Part shown: piece after piece, positions 53,150-64,000 of the stretch | How the letters are laid out: each line of letters begins with the position of its first letter | Numbering within the stretch: position 1 is the stretch's first letter | Assembly (NCBI RefSeq): GCF_006345805.1 | Contig: NC_042998.1 | Span: forward strand, 149,234,001-149,298,000 | Origin: Octopus sinensis | Taxonomy: Eukaryota | Reading direction: 5' to 3' | Length of the DNA stretch: 64,000 nt | Notes under the pieces: model-generated | Told to the model about the DNA's origin: nothing | What the model saw: only the letters and a program-made list of their open reading frames with translations | Database searches by the model: none | Translations under genes and position numbers: made by a program

Positions 53150-53860
53150 GTACGGCAACAAAGGCAAAAAAACAAAAAAAAAAAAAACAATCAAACAAAA
53201 TATGGAGAACATGGTACGAATTACGAATACAAACAAGAAGAAAATAACAAGCGTCTTTCGACTGAGAACGAATCAAATTGAGCAGGCGTGTATGAGGTGA
53301 AAGCCTAAAGGCAGGAACATGGGAGATGGACACAAGAGGTGTTGACAGTCAGCAGTCAGGCCAGATCAGGTCGGTGTCCGGCCAGCCGTGATCTGGCCGG
53401 ACACCGATCATGTGGAAGGAGCTGAGATGGGTAGGGGACAACGAGATTGAAGGATTAGAAAAATATCAGAGACAAAGAGAAAGGTACAGGGGAGATAAAC
53501 CGGTGGGAAATAGTGGGAGTTAAAGAGAGGGCCAAGAAATGTGTGAGAGAGAAAGAGAGGGGAGCGAGAAAAAGGAAAAGGGAAGAAAGTAAGAGGTGGG
53601 GAATAAATGATAGAGTAAGATTCGTACAAAATTTAGATACATACCTACTATAAGGTGAGCACAACTGTGTACGTACGCCGCTATGTGTGCATATAAGTAC
53701 AAAAATGGAACAAAAACGCAATAGAGTACAATAAAACATTCGGACAGATTGACGATACAAGGCGGACAAGAGAAAGGCAGGCAAAAAAGATGTGTACGTG
53801 TAATGCATATATATATATATTTATGCATGCATATATGCAGGTGTATATGTATATATATAT
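53150..53860 (-). mobile_element. Possible PLE-derived 3'-end repeat containing a GC hairpin
   Basis: CT-rich tract on the minus strand followed by FRLSPHTRLLN-like remnant; same layout as the 1079-1915 repeat. Confidence 0.3.
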
Positions 53861-53865
53861 GTATA

Positions 53866-54263
53866 TATATATTATTCAAAGAAGAATACAGTGTACATTC
53901 AAACACAAAAGAGATACTAGAAGAATAGGATATCTGACTCGCTAGAAAGAGCAGTTAAAACTCCAAGCCACCAATTATTGTAATTCCGAAAGTGATTGGA
54001 AAATAAAAACTTTTACCTAAATCCTATGGATTAAGGTAAAAGTTTTTATCTTCCAATCACTTTCGGAATTACAATAATTGGTGGCTTGGAGTTTTAACTG
54101 CTCTTTCTAGCGAGACAGATACCCTATTCTTCGGGTATCTCTTTTGTGTTTGAACGTACACTGTATTCTTCTTTGAATAATATATAGTCTATTGACTAAT
54201 TTTTTCTTTCTCGCTAGACCACTGGTAACTAAGAATTTTTCTATGAATATTCTTGCTACCCTA
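53866..54263 (-). mobile_element. Asymmetric fold-back family F, copy B
   Basis: About 158-bp arms with 3-nt loop (54025-54027), about 8 differences; one-sided flank 54186-54263 homologous to flanks of copies A and C. Confidence 0.85.
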
Positions 54264-54266
54264 AGA

Positions 54267-54327
<61 letters not shown>

Positions 54328-54331
<4 letters not shown>

Positions 54332-56815
54332 TGATTGATTGATTCTAGTTTCAGCTCAGGAGCTGTGGCCATGCTGGGGCACCACCATTTGGTGTTGCTA
54401 CATGGTTTTACTTCACGAATGCTTTTTAGCAACTGCCATTTGGTGCATGAGAGAGTTCGATGCAGCTGTCCTCATCTGCACCTCCCGCCGTGTAGTTGGT
54501 TTATCTGGGATACCTGACAAGAAGAGATCCAGTTTCATTTTAAAGACATCTGCATCCACCCCATATAGGTCTCTTAGGTTCTATCTTCGGGAGGATATTG
54601 AAGAGCTGTGGGCCTCGGAAGCCCAGGCTATCACAGTATCTTGTCCTACATCTTGATGGCAAATTTGGAGTCCTTGGCACCACGCAGTGGCGCCCAGTTC
54701 TGGCATTTGTGTAACTCTCGATGCCGAAGTTTGGGACAAGTCCTTCCAGGATCTTCCAGATGTATATTATGGCATAACTTTCTCGCCTACGCTCCTAGGG
54801 AATAGAGTTTTAATCTCTTGAGTCTTTCCCAGTAGCTTATATTCTGCACAGAAGCTATCTTCTTCGTGTAGCTACGTTGGATAGCCTCAAGTTCTGTGAT
54901 CAACTTGACACTGGATGGTGACCATAGCTGAGAGCAATAGTCAAAGTGGCTTAGGACAAGTGTCCTCCAGAGGACCATCATGGTTTCTTGTTCTCTTGTT
55001 CTAAAGGTTCTAAGAATCCATCCGGTCAGTCGTCTACATTCCATTGCCAATTTAGCAACATGTACACGAAAGGTTGCGTCATCACTCATGTAAATACCCA
55101 GGTCACGCACTGATTGTGCCTCTGGGATTGCAATTCCTCCGAGTTCAGTGTATTCATTGGGTATTTATGCTGATAGCATAAAGCTTGAAACTTTTCAGCA
55201 TTGAACTGCATGCTATTCTTTTCAGCCCACTTGTATATTTTGTCCAGCTCACATTGCAGGCGTTTAGTGTCCTCAGGGTTCTGTATTGCCTGTGAAACTT
55301 TTGTATCATCTGCATAACTTGTGATCGTGGCTCTCTGCGTGGCTGAGGGCATGTCTGAGAGGGCCATTATGAACAGTAGTGGTCCCAAAACAGTGCCCTG
55401 CGGAACACCGCTCACTATTTGCGTGTTAATGACTTCTATCTTTCAGAAAGTCATGAAGCCATTCTCCCAGTTTTCCAACTATGCTAAGATCACGCAGTTT
55501 GTGACATATCATTCCATGATCGACTTTATCAAAGGCCTTTGCAAAGTCGAGATATATCACTTCCACATTTGAGTGGTTGAGCAGTTGTTTCAGCACCCAG
55601 TCATAGTGTTGTAGGAGCTGAGTTAAGCAGCTTCTTCCTGGTAGGAAACCATGTTGGGTGTCAGGCAGCAAGTCATTTTCTTCAAGGAAGGTGATCAGTT
55701 TCCTTCTGACTATTCGTTCCATGACCTTGCTGATCTGTGAGGTCAGAGAGATAGGTCTGTAGTTCTTGGCCTCCGCTCTGCTACCTCCTTTATGAATAGG
55801 GCATATTTTACCTTCCTTCAGTTTTCTTGGAAGTTTGCCAGTTGCAAGGAAGCTCTGAAAGAGGAACTGCAGTGGTCTTGCTAGGACTCTCTTACATACT
55901 TTTAGGAGGATTGCCGGGAATTCATCGGGGCCAGTAGCTGAGTCTGTTTTCATTTCAACTATAGCCTTTATTATATCGTCTTCCTTTATATCGATGTAAT
56001 CTATCGTCGCTGCCTCTGATTTTATATCTGCAGTGGTAAAGAAGTCAGTTGGATTGGTGATTTGGAAATGCCCAAGGGGTGGTGTGAAAACACTCTTGAA
56101 ATGCTCATTCAGTATTTCACTTACCCTCATTGGATTTTCTGTGAGTGTGCCATCCTTTTCAAGGAGTGGTCCTATCCTACAGTGCACCGTAGCTGTTTCT
56201 TTGGCATACCTGTAGAAAGCTCTGGGGTTAGATTTTATGTTGTCTATAGCCCAGGCTTCTTTGTCTGCTTTTTCCTTTTCATGGGAGAGTTGCAGACATT
56301 TTTCAATTTCCAACAGTTTTATTTTCAGGCGGGACTTTTCACTGCTTTCAATTTGTTTGTTTAGGCGATTTGAAATTTTTGTACGCCGTCTCATTAAAAT
56401 TTTCCTCTCTCTGGGGATTTTGTTCTTGTGTACAGTGGCCTTTCTCTCTGGGACACATTTGTAGCATATGGCTTGCATTACAGACATGAATTTTTGAAGT
56501 TTCACGTCGATGTCTGGCGAGGAGATACATTCAGGCCAGTTTTGTTTGAGGATCTCTTTCTCAATTTGTTTCCAATTTGCCTTATGGAAGTTCAAGCTGG
56601 AAAGATTCTGAAAGTTTATTGTAGGCTGCATGTCCATGCTTTCCTTTGGCCCGTACATGGTCAGCTCTACCATGTTGTGATCCGAGAGTAGTGTCGGTGT
56701 CACTTTCACATTATGGATGAGATCCATATTATTTGTGAAGCAGAGATCCAGTGTGTTACCTGTCCTGGTTGGTTGGAGTATTACTTGCTCCATGTACAGA
56801 GTGTTGATGAGGTTC
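54328..56815 (-). mobile_element. 5'-truncated CR1-group LINE (EN C-terminus, RT, 3' domain)
   Basis: QPTRTGNTLDLCFTN, NYRPISLTS, QHGFLPGRSC, YLDFAKAFDKVDH, SGVPQGTVLGPLLF, YADDTK, RDLGI; (AATC)n tail; few frameshifts. Confidence 0.95.
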
Positions 56816-56950
56816 ATATATATATATGTATATATGTATATATTTATATCATCATCAACGGACGCTAAATGATGATGATGATGATGATATAAATATATAC
56901 ATATATACACGCATATATATATACATATATATATATATATAAATAAATAA

Positions 56951-57038
<88 letters not shown>

Positions 57039-57229
57039 GAGCATGTGTGTGTGTCTGGCTCTGTGAAAACGTCAGAAGTTTATTGCAACAGAATAGTCCA
57101 GATTAATTGGACGACCGACAGAATGGTAAGTATGTTAAGTGCCATCATTCATCGAAGAGAATTCGTTTGATTTTACAATGGAATTGGTGTGTCAGGCTGA
57201 ACAATTCCACAGACGTCTTCTAGATATAC

Positions 57230-57237
57230 AAAATTGA

Positions 57238-57275
<38 letters not shown>

Positions 57276-57554
57276 GTAACGATGATGACGACGACGACGA
57301 CAACGATGGCTACCATGACGACGACGACGCCGGTCACAATAGCGTCGCCGTCGACGAGTAAGTATGATAGTGGTAGTGATGATGATGATGATAATGGTGC
57401 AAACAATCACGACGATGTTGATGATGATTATGATGATGAAGATGTTGATGAAGTTGTACATGATGTTAATGATGATGGCTGTAATGACGGTTAGGATGTT
57501 GATGGGGGTTGTGGTGGGGATAGTACTTGACTACCATGATGGTGATGATGATGG

Positions 57555-57599
<45 letters not shown>

Positions 57600-58106
57600 G
57601 AACGAGAAGTATGTGGAGAGAAAGAAAAAGGAGGATCATAATGAAATATATGAGCATGATGAGGAGAAAGAGGAGGTAAATGAAGAGGAAAAGAAGTAGA
57701 AAAACGTAGAAGCTTAATGTGAAGAAGGAAGGGAGAGAAGGGAGAAGAATGATGATGATGGTAGTGGTGGTGGTGGTGGTGGTGGTGGTAGTGGTGGCGA
57801 GTTTTGATGAGAAGAGGCAATAAATATAAAAAAAACATGATCATAGATTTTGATAAACAACTGTGACAAAGTCAATATAGTCTATAGTAGTAGTAGTAGT
57901 GGTAGTAGTAGTAGTAGTAGTAGTAGTAGCAGCAGTAGTAGTAGTAGTGGTGGTTGTGGTAGCTGTGGTGGTGGTGGAGATGGTGGAGGTGGTGTCTAAC
58001 AATAACAGTATTATTGAAAGCAAAAACATTTGCAATAACATATAAAATAACAACGACGACGACGATAATAATGATAATGATGATGATAATGATGATGATA
58101 ATGATG

Positions 58107-58190
<84 letters not shown>

Positions 58191-58392
58191 AAGAAGAAGA
58201 AGAAGAATAGTAATAATAATAATGATAGTGATAAACATGATAACAAGCATAAAAATAACAATACGGAAGAAAAGGAGAGGAAGAAGACGAACAGCAACAA
58301 CAATGATATCAAGAACAAAGATAATTTTATATAAAAAATAGAATAATAATCATTAATGATAATAAACGATGGAAAATCATAACAGCAACGCC

Positions 58393-58441
<49 letters not shown>

Positions 58442-58484
58442 TAATAATAATGATAATAATAATAATAATAATAATAACAACAAC

Positions 58485-58533
<49 letters not shown>

Positions 58534-58555
58534 TAATAATAATAATAATAGTAGC

Positions 58556-58618
<63 letters not shown>

Positions 58619-58900
58619 GAACTAATAATGACGAAGTTGATAACAGTATAAATATTAATAATAATGATTATATGATAATAAAGTTATTTATAATAACGAC
58701 AACAATAAACATAACGATGACAATTTGGTTGATGATGATGATGATGATATAACAACAATAACGATAATGATAATAGCAAACTAATAATTATATTAATGGT
58801 AATAGTATCTATATGATATTGGTAAAGATATTTTCATAATACTACAACTACAAATCATAATAACTGAATATCATTATTATTATTATCATCATCATCATCA

Positions 58901-58960
<60 letters not shown>
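57230..58960. repeat. Patchwork of trinucleotide repeats (GAT, GGT, TAG, AAT, AAG, ATT)
   Basis: Direct reading. Confidence 0.95.
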
Positions 58961-58967
<7 letters not shown>

Positions 58968-59348
58968 AGTTATGTAGGAATGGTATAAAAATTAAAGCTG
59001 AACAAAGCCATCTTGGAAATCAATATTGGTAAGTTAATTAAGCCAGTGACGTAGTTTTGGTAAATAGAACTTTATGGATTGATGCGTGTGTGCGTACGTG
59101 TGTGTGTACGTGTTTCTTTGTGCTTGTACGTTCTGAATGTGTGTGTGCGTGTGAACGTACGTGTATGTATAAATAAACATATATACTTTAAATCCATATA
59201 TATTTAACATTTAAAGATATAAACATACATACACACACGCACACATATTATACGCGTATACGTCTACGTATATACACTCGTACGTATACACGTATGCAAT
59301 TATATGTCCTTTTGCATAAGCATGTGTATCTATATGCATGTATGTATG

Positions 59349-59392
<44 letters not shown>

Positions 59393-59413
59393 TAATAATA
59401 ATAATAATACTAA

Positions 59414-59451
<38 letters not shown>

Positions 59452-59452
59452 T

Positions 59453-59684
59453 CAGGGTAATATAGATTTTAGAAATTTTTTTTACTACCTGTGTCCTAGC
59501 ATGTAGTCAATAGACTATATATTATTCATATAAATACAGTGTACTTTTAAACACCTAAGAGGTATCCGTCATAGGATTCCTTGCACCCTAGAAGGAACAG
59601 GTTTGGACTTTAGCTGATCCTTCTGGCGTGTAAGGAATCCTATGACGGATACCTCTTAGGTGTTTAAAAGTACACTGTATTTAT
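59453..59684 (+). mobile_element. Asymmetric fold-back family F, copy C
   Basis: Flank cagggta...cctagcatgtagtcaatagactatat then perfect 53-bp arms 59530-59582 and 59632-59684. Confidence 0.85.
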
Positions 59685-59702
59685 TTATATATATAATAAC
59701 AA

Positions 59703-60105
59703 TTTAATAAATAAAACATATGCATACATACATACATATATGTACATACCTACATCTATATGTATATATACATGCATATATGAGTACAGGACACCACAAA
59801 TAAACGTAGAACACAACGAGAAACGAAAACAAAAAACACAAGCAAGGAAACGGACTTTTTTTAACAACGAAAAAACAGAGTACAAGACAAACAACACAAA
59901 GAGCATTTCCCTTCTTCAGCTTCCCCTGTTTCGACTCAATGCGTGTTTCGAAGGTAAGAGCAGAACACGACCACGCCGAAACAATCCTTCCCGCAAAATG
60001 AATTAAATAAATTTTTTGCGGAGGGGTAATAAAAAAAGTGACAAGAACAGGACGTAAAAGCAATACAAATGAAGAAAAAACAGTACAAATAACGATAAAG
60101 ACAGT
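59703..60105 (-). mobile_element. Diverged inverted copy of the 556-1078 repeat
   Basis: catgcatatatgagtacaggacacc is the reverse complement of ggtgtcctgtactcatatatgcatg; colinear similarity over about 400 bp. Confidence 0.75.
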
Positions 60106-60107
60106 AA

Positions 60108-60810
60108 GGGTGAGATGGGTAAATTGTTGCCAATTTATATTTTTAATTTCGCACATGCGCATTGTTTTTTATTTTGTTAACTACACAGTATAGTATGTTC
60201 AGTTAGGAGCAATCTATGATAAAAACTACACCAAGATGTACTTCACTCTGACAGAAATTTGGAAGCAGCATGCTGTAATTCATGGCATTCGCGCCAGAAG
60301 CCCCAATACGAACATTTCAGCGTTTGGGTGTCAATCTGAGGTCAGTGCAATCTGAAGACCTGTACCGAGAGTGATAAAAATTAAAACATCCAGTCAACAT
60401 CATGGTGTTTGGAGTGATCACTAGTGATGACAACGTTATGCCTCCATTCATCTCACTCGCCCTCGGACTCAGCACTAGGCCTACATCAAGTGTCTGGAGG
60501 AGGTAGTGCCGCCCTGGGTCAAGAGGGTGACTGCTAGAAGACCATATGTCTAGCAACAGGGTTGTGCACTATGCCACACAAGAAGGAAAACTCAGTCATG
60601 GCTGTCAGACAATTTCTGCGGCCACACCACCCCTAACATCTGACCACCTAAATCTCCAGACTTCAACCACCTTCATTATTATGTGTGGAGCGGTGTTGAA
60701 CGAGAGACCAACAAAACTACTTGTAACACCAAAGATGAACTAAAGGCAAGGATCATGGTAGCATTCACCATCTTAAACAAGGGAACCGTTCAGAAGAGTT
60801 TCAGAGTTTA
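60108..60810 (+). mobile_element. Second DD37D (maT)-type copy, 3'-truncated
   Basis: gggtgagatgggtaaattg end; VFGVITSD, YV*QQ[G]-37aa-SPDFNHL[H]YYVWGAVERETNKT. Confidence 0.85.
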
Positions 60811-60917
60811 CGAAGACATAACACCAATGATATTAATAAGAAAAGCAAACCAAAGAAATGAAAACTCGTTATAATAATATAAATAAAGGGTAAAGGAACA
60901 TATGTTAGTAGTCCGTC

Positions 60918-60956
<39 letters not shown>

Positions 60957-60958
<2 letters not shown>

Positions 60959-61185
60959 CTCTTTACTCTTTCACTCTTTTACTTGTTTCAGTCATTTGAC
61001 CGCGGCCATACTGGAGCACCGCCTTTAGTCGAGCAAATCGACCCGGGACTTATTATTTGTAAGCCCAGTACTTATTCTATCGGTCTCTTTTGCCGAACCG
61101 CTAAGTGACGGGGACGTAAACACACCAGCATCGGTTGTCAAGCAATGCTAGGGGGACAAACACAGACACACAAACACATACACAC

Positions 61186-61216
<31 letters not shown>

Positions 61217-61277
61217 ACAGGCTTCTTTCAGTTTCTGCCCAAGATGCTACGCAGTGGGACTGAACCCGGAACCATGC
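60957..61277 (-). mobile_element. SINE family 1
   Basis: Reverse complement of the family-1 body. Confidence 0.85.
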
Positions 61278-61459
61278 AGATAAGAGAAAAAATCAATCAG
61301 AAAGGAACTCTATCTTTTGATAAGCATAACAAATGCGCAACCGGTAAAAATAACTTTCACCTAATTAAATACACTCTCCCTTACTTAAATTATTTTGTCA
61401 GCATTTTCTTCATTTCCTTTTTTTTATATATAACAACTCGTGTTCCACATCTCCTTTTT

Positions 61460-61508
<49 letters not shown>

Positions 61509-61528
61509 TATATATAATATATATATAT

Positions 61529-61611
<83 letters not shown>

Positions 61612-61630
61612 TTGTTTAATGCACGCAGAA

Positions 61631-61863
61631 TATAATTATGAGCTACTAATAGTTTTATACACTGAAATTTTCGTTTTAAACTCGCCTTGTGTCTCCAAGA
61701 AATCTTCAGGTTTGTACGCTTGGCCTTTCGATATATGGAAGAAAGAGCCTAATAAGATCCATATACCCAGAGCCTGAACATTACTTGGTGACCCTTGGTG
61801 TGTTTTAATACCTGCGTAGATGATATCTTTAATGTATGAAACTATTAGTAGCTCATAACTATA
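61631..61863. mobile_element. MITE-like element, 233 bp, 25-bp TIRs
   Basis: tataattatgagctactaatagttt and aaactattagtagctcataactata, 24/25 complementary. Confidence 0.65.
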
Positions 61864-62560
61864 TACTGTGCACATTAAACAATATTTATCTCTCCCCGGA
61901 TGGGGTACATTTTTTGTTGATCTTACCTTAATGGAAAAGTAGACCATATGTGTGTGTCTGTGTGTGTATACATATGCATATATATATATATATGTATGTA
62001 TGTATATGTATATGTGTATATATATGTATATGTACATATATATATGTATGAATGTATAAATATATATATATATGTTGTGTGTGTATGCGTGTGTGTGTGG
62101 ATGTATATTTGTATGCGTATATGTATATGAATTGTATTTATATATGAACAAATGTATATGTATATATTTAAATATATGTGTATGTGTGTGTGTGTGTAAA
62201 CGGGAAATATGAAGGAGTGGAATGTGACGGTGTTGATGGGTATTGGCAGATAACCGTATAGAAAAGTTACTAGCTTGACTTATTCAGAGGTAGATATTCG
62301 GCCGTATACCTATACGGTTAAATAGCCTGGCAGATAGTGAGGACTGACTGTAATTAAAAAGAAGATATGAGTAGGAAACCGTAGATAAAGTAAAACGTTA
62401 AAAGATCAAAGACAAGAAAACTACATCAGGACTTTAACACCATTCTGTACGTCGTCAGACCAACAGATAAATAGGAGTAGATGGCGCTGTTAAGCTTTTT
62501 CTTCGAAATGGTTTTCACAAAATGCGGACAAAGAGAAAAAAATTTGATTTCTGCTACATT

Positions 62561-62603
<43 letters not shown>

Positions 62604-62622
62604 GGGGGTTGAAGAGGAGAGA

Positions 62623-62800
62623 TACAGGGTGTCCAGGCGTTATCATTACAATTTAAAAAATCCAGAACAAAATGAATAATAAGGATAACGCAGCAGAATT
62701 TATTGGCAAAAAGTAAGCAAACAAATGAAGTTTTATTCGAAACATCAGAACATTTCCACCTGGGCTCCACTTGGTGCACACAACCCACCTAGACAATAAA
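62623..62800 (-). mobile_element. Possible Tc1/mariner terminal fragment
   Basis: TA-CAGGGTGTCC is a common Tc1/mariner TIR start; no partner end found. Confidence 0.3.
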
Positions 62801-62929
62801 TTATGGAAGTTGTAAAGATAATATATATGTATGCGAATCTGTGTGACAGTGCGTGTATGCATGCGTATATATTTATATGTACATGTACATGTATATATAT
62901 GTATATTTATATATATATGTATGTATATA

Positions 62930-63010
<81 letters not shown>

Positions 63011-63268
63011 GCCGTTCCGTGAAGGTAAGATCAACAAAAATATACTCCATCTGGTAAGAGATTATTTAATATTATTTAATGAATAGTGTATATCTATGTG
63101 TATGTGTGTGTCTTTATGAGTATGTCTATGTGTGTGTCCTGTGTGTGTGTTCTGTGTGTGTCTGTGTATGTATGTTTGTATATGCATATACATATATAGA
63201 GATAAAAAATTTTGGGTAGTGCATAGAATAGTATAATGGTAGTAATAATAATAATAATAGCTACTACT

Positions 63269-63308
<40 letters not shown>

Positions 63309-63333
63309 CTACAACTACAAATACAACAACAAC

Positions 63334-63374
<41 letters not shown>

Positions 63375-63389
63375 AATAATAATAATATA

Positions 63390-63427
<38 letters not shown>

Positions 63428-63428
63428 T

Positions 63429-63600
63429 TCCTTCCTACTAGGCGCAAGGCCTGAAATTTGAGGGAGGGGTAAACTCAATTACATCGACCCCATGGCTCAA
63501 CTGGTACTCGTTTTGTCGGCCCTGAAAGGATGAAAGCCAAAGTTGACCTCTGCAGAATTTGAACATTGCAAAGAATTTTGCTCCGCGTGCTAATCGCTGG
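63429..63600 (-). mobile_element. SINE family 2 fragment
   Basis: catcgaccccatggctcaactggtac...gatgaaagccaaagttgacc. Confidence 0.75.
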
Positions 63601-64000
63601 AATAATAATAATAATGATAATAATAATAATAATAATAAATAATAATAATAATAATAATAATAAATAATAATAAATAATAATAATAATGATAATAATGAAT
63701 AATAATAATATAATAATAATATAATATAATAATAATAATGTACATTGTTTTGTCTGGTATAAAAGATGAGCTACAGCAAATATTCTGCTCAATACCACAG
63801 ATTTGGTTGTCAGTTGTTTGAACTTAACCAGTTGAGCATGTCCCTTAGTGGCTGATAATATGTGCGTCTCTGATCATGAGCAGGAGTAGTGGGGGAGTAT
63901 TATAACCGTGTGTTGAGAGGGATTCTTTCAGGTTTGAATAATCCATCTCTGGAAACATGTTTGTTTCGTTCAACATTCTTAAAGAATCCTTATTCAGGGA

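Noticed and set aside
53889-53896. TA-CAGTG as a Tc1 TIR start for family F
   Set aside because: Arm complementarity extends beyond it on the outside, so it is not the terminus
56816-56910. N-terminal 30 aa of the 494-aa ORF (MYICIYLYHHHHHH...)
   Set aside because: Microsatellite fortuitously in frame with the truncated CR1; not a real start
61636-62151. 171-aa minus-strand ORF
   Set aside because: First third is microsatellite and the rest crosses a MITE boundary; no motif support
63745-64000. Coding or LINE call for the window-end segment
   Set aside because: Probably a repeat fragment, but it is cut by the window edge and has no diagnostic motif

Overview
AT-rich, microsatellite-saturated eukaryotic DNA with no recognisable host gene. 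The SINE families resemble those I recall from Octopus, so a coleoid cephalopod is likely (inference). The window is a mosaic of: at least 4 tRNA-derived SINE families (about 20 copies); decayed non-LTR retrotransposons (three RTE pieces, a fairly young 5'-truncated CR1, an R4/Dong-type RLE element inserted in (TAA)n); Penelope-like (PLE) remnants with GIY-YIG motifs; Tc1/mariner remnants (two DD37D/maT copies sharing one internal deletion); and many long inverted repeats. The most notable theme is the co-occurrence of fold-back palindromes, PLE remnants and minimal type-I hammerhead-ribozyme-like motifs. One motif has an intact core (330-387); the others are degenerate and cluster at 18.0-19.65 kb. 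A three-copy asymmetric fold-back family has arms far more similar within each copy than between copies. Nearly all ORF-track entries are microsatellite read-throughs. Coordinates were counted by eye and boundaries are approximate; no database search or folding was run.
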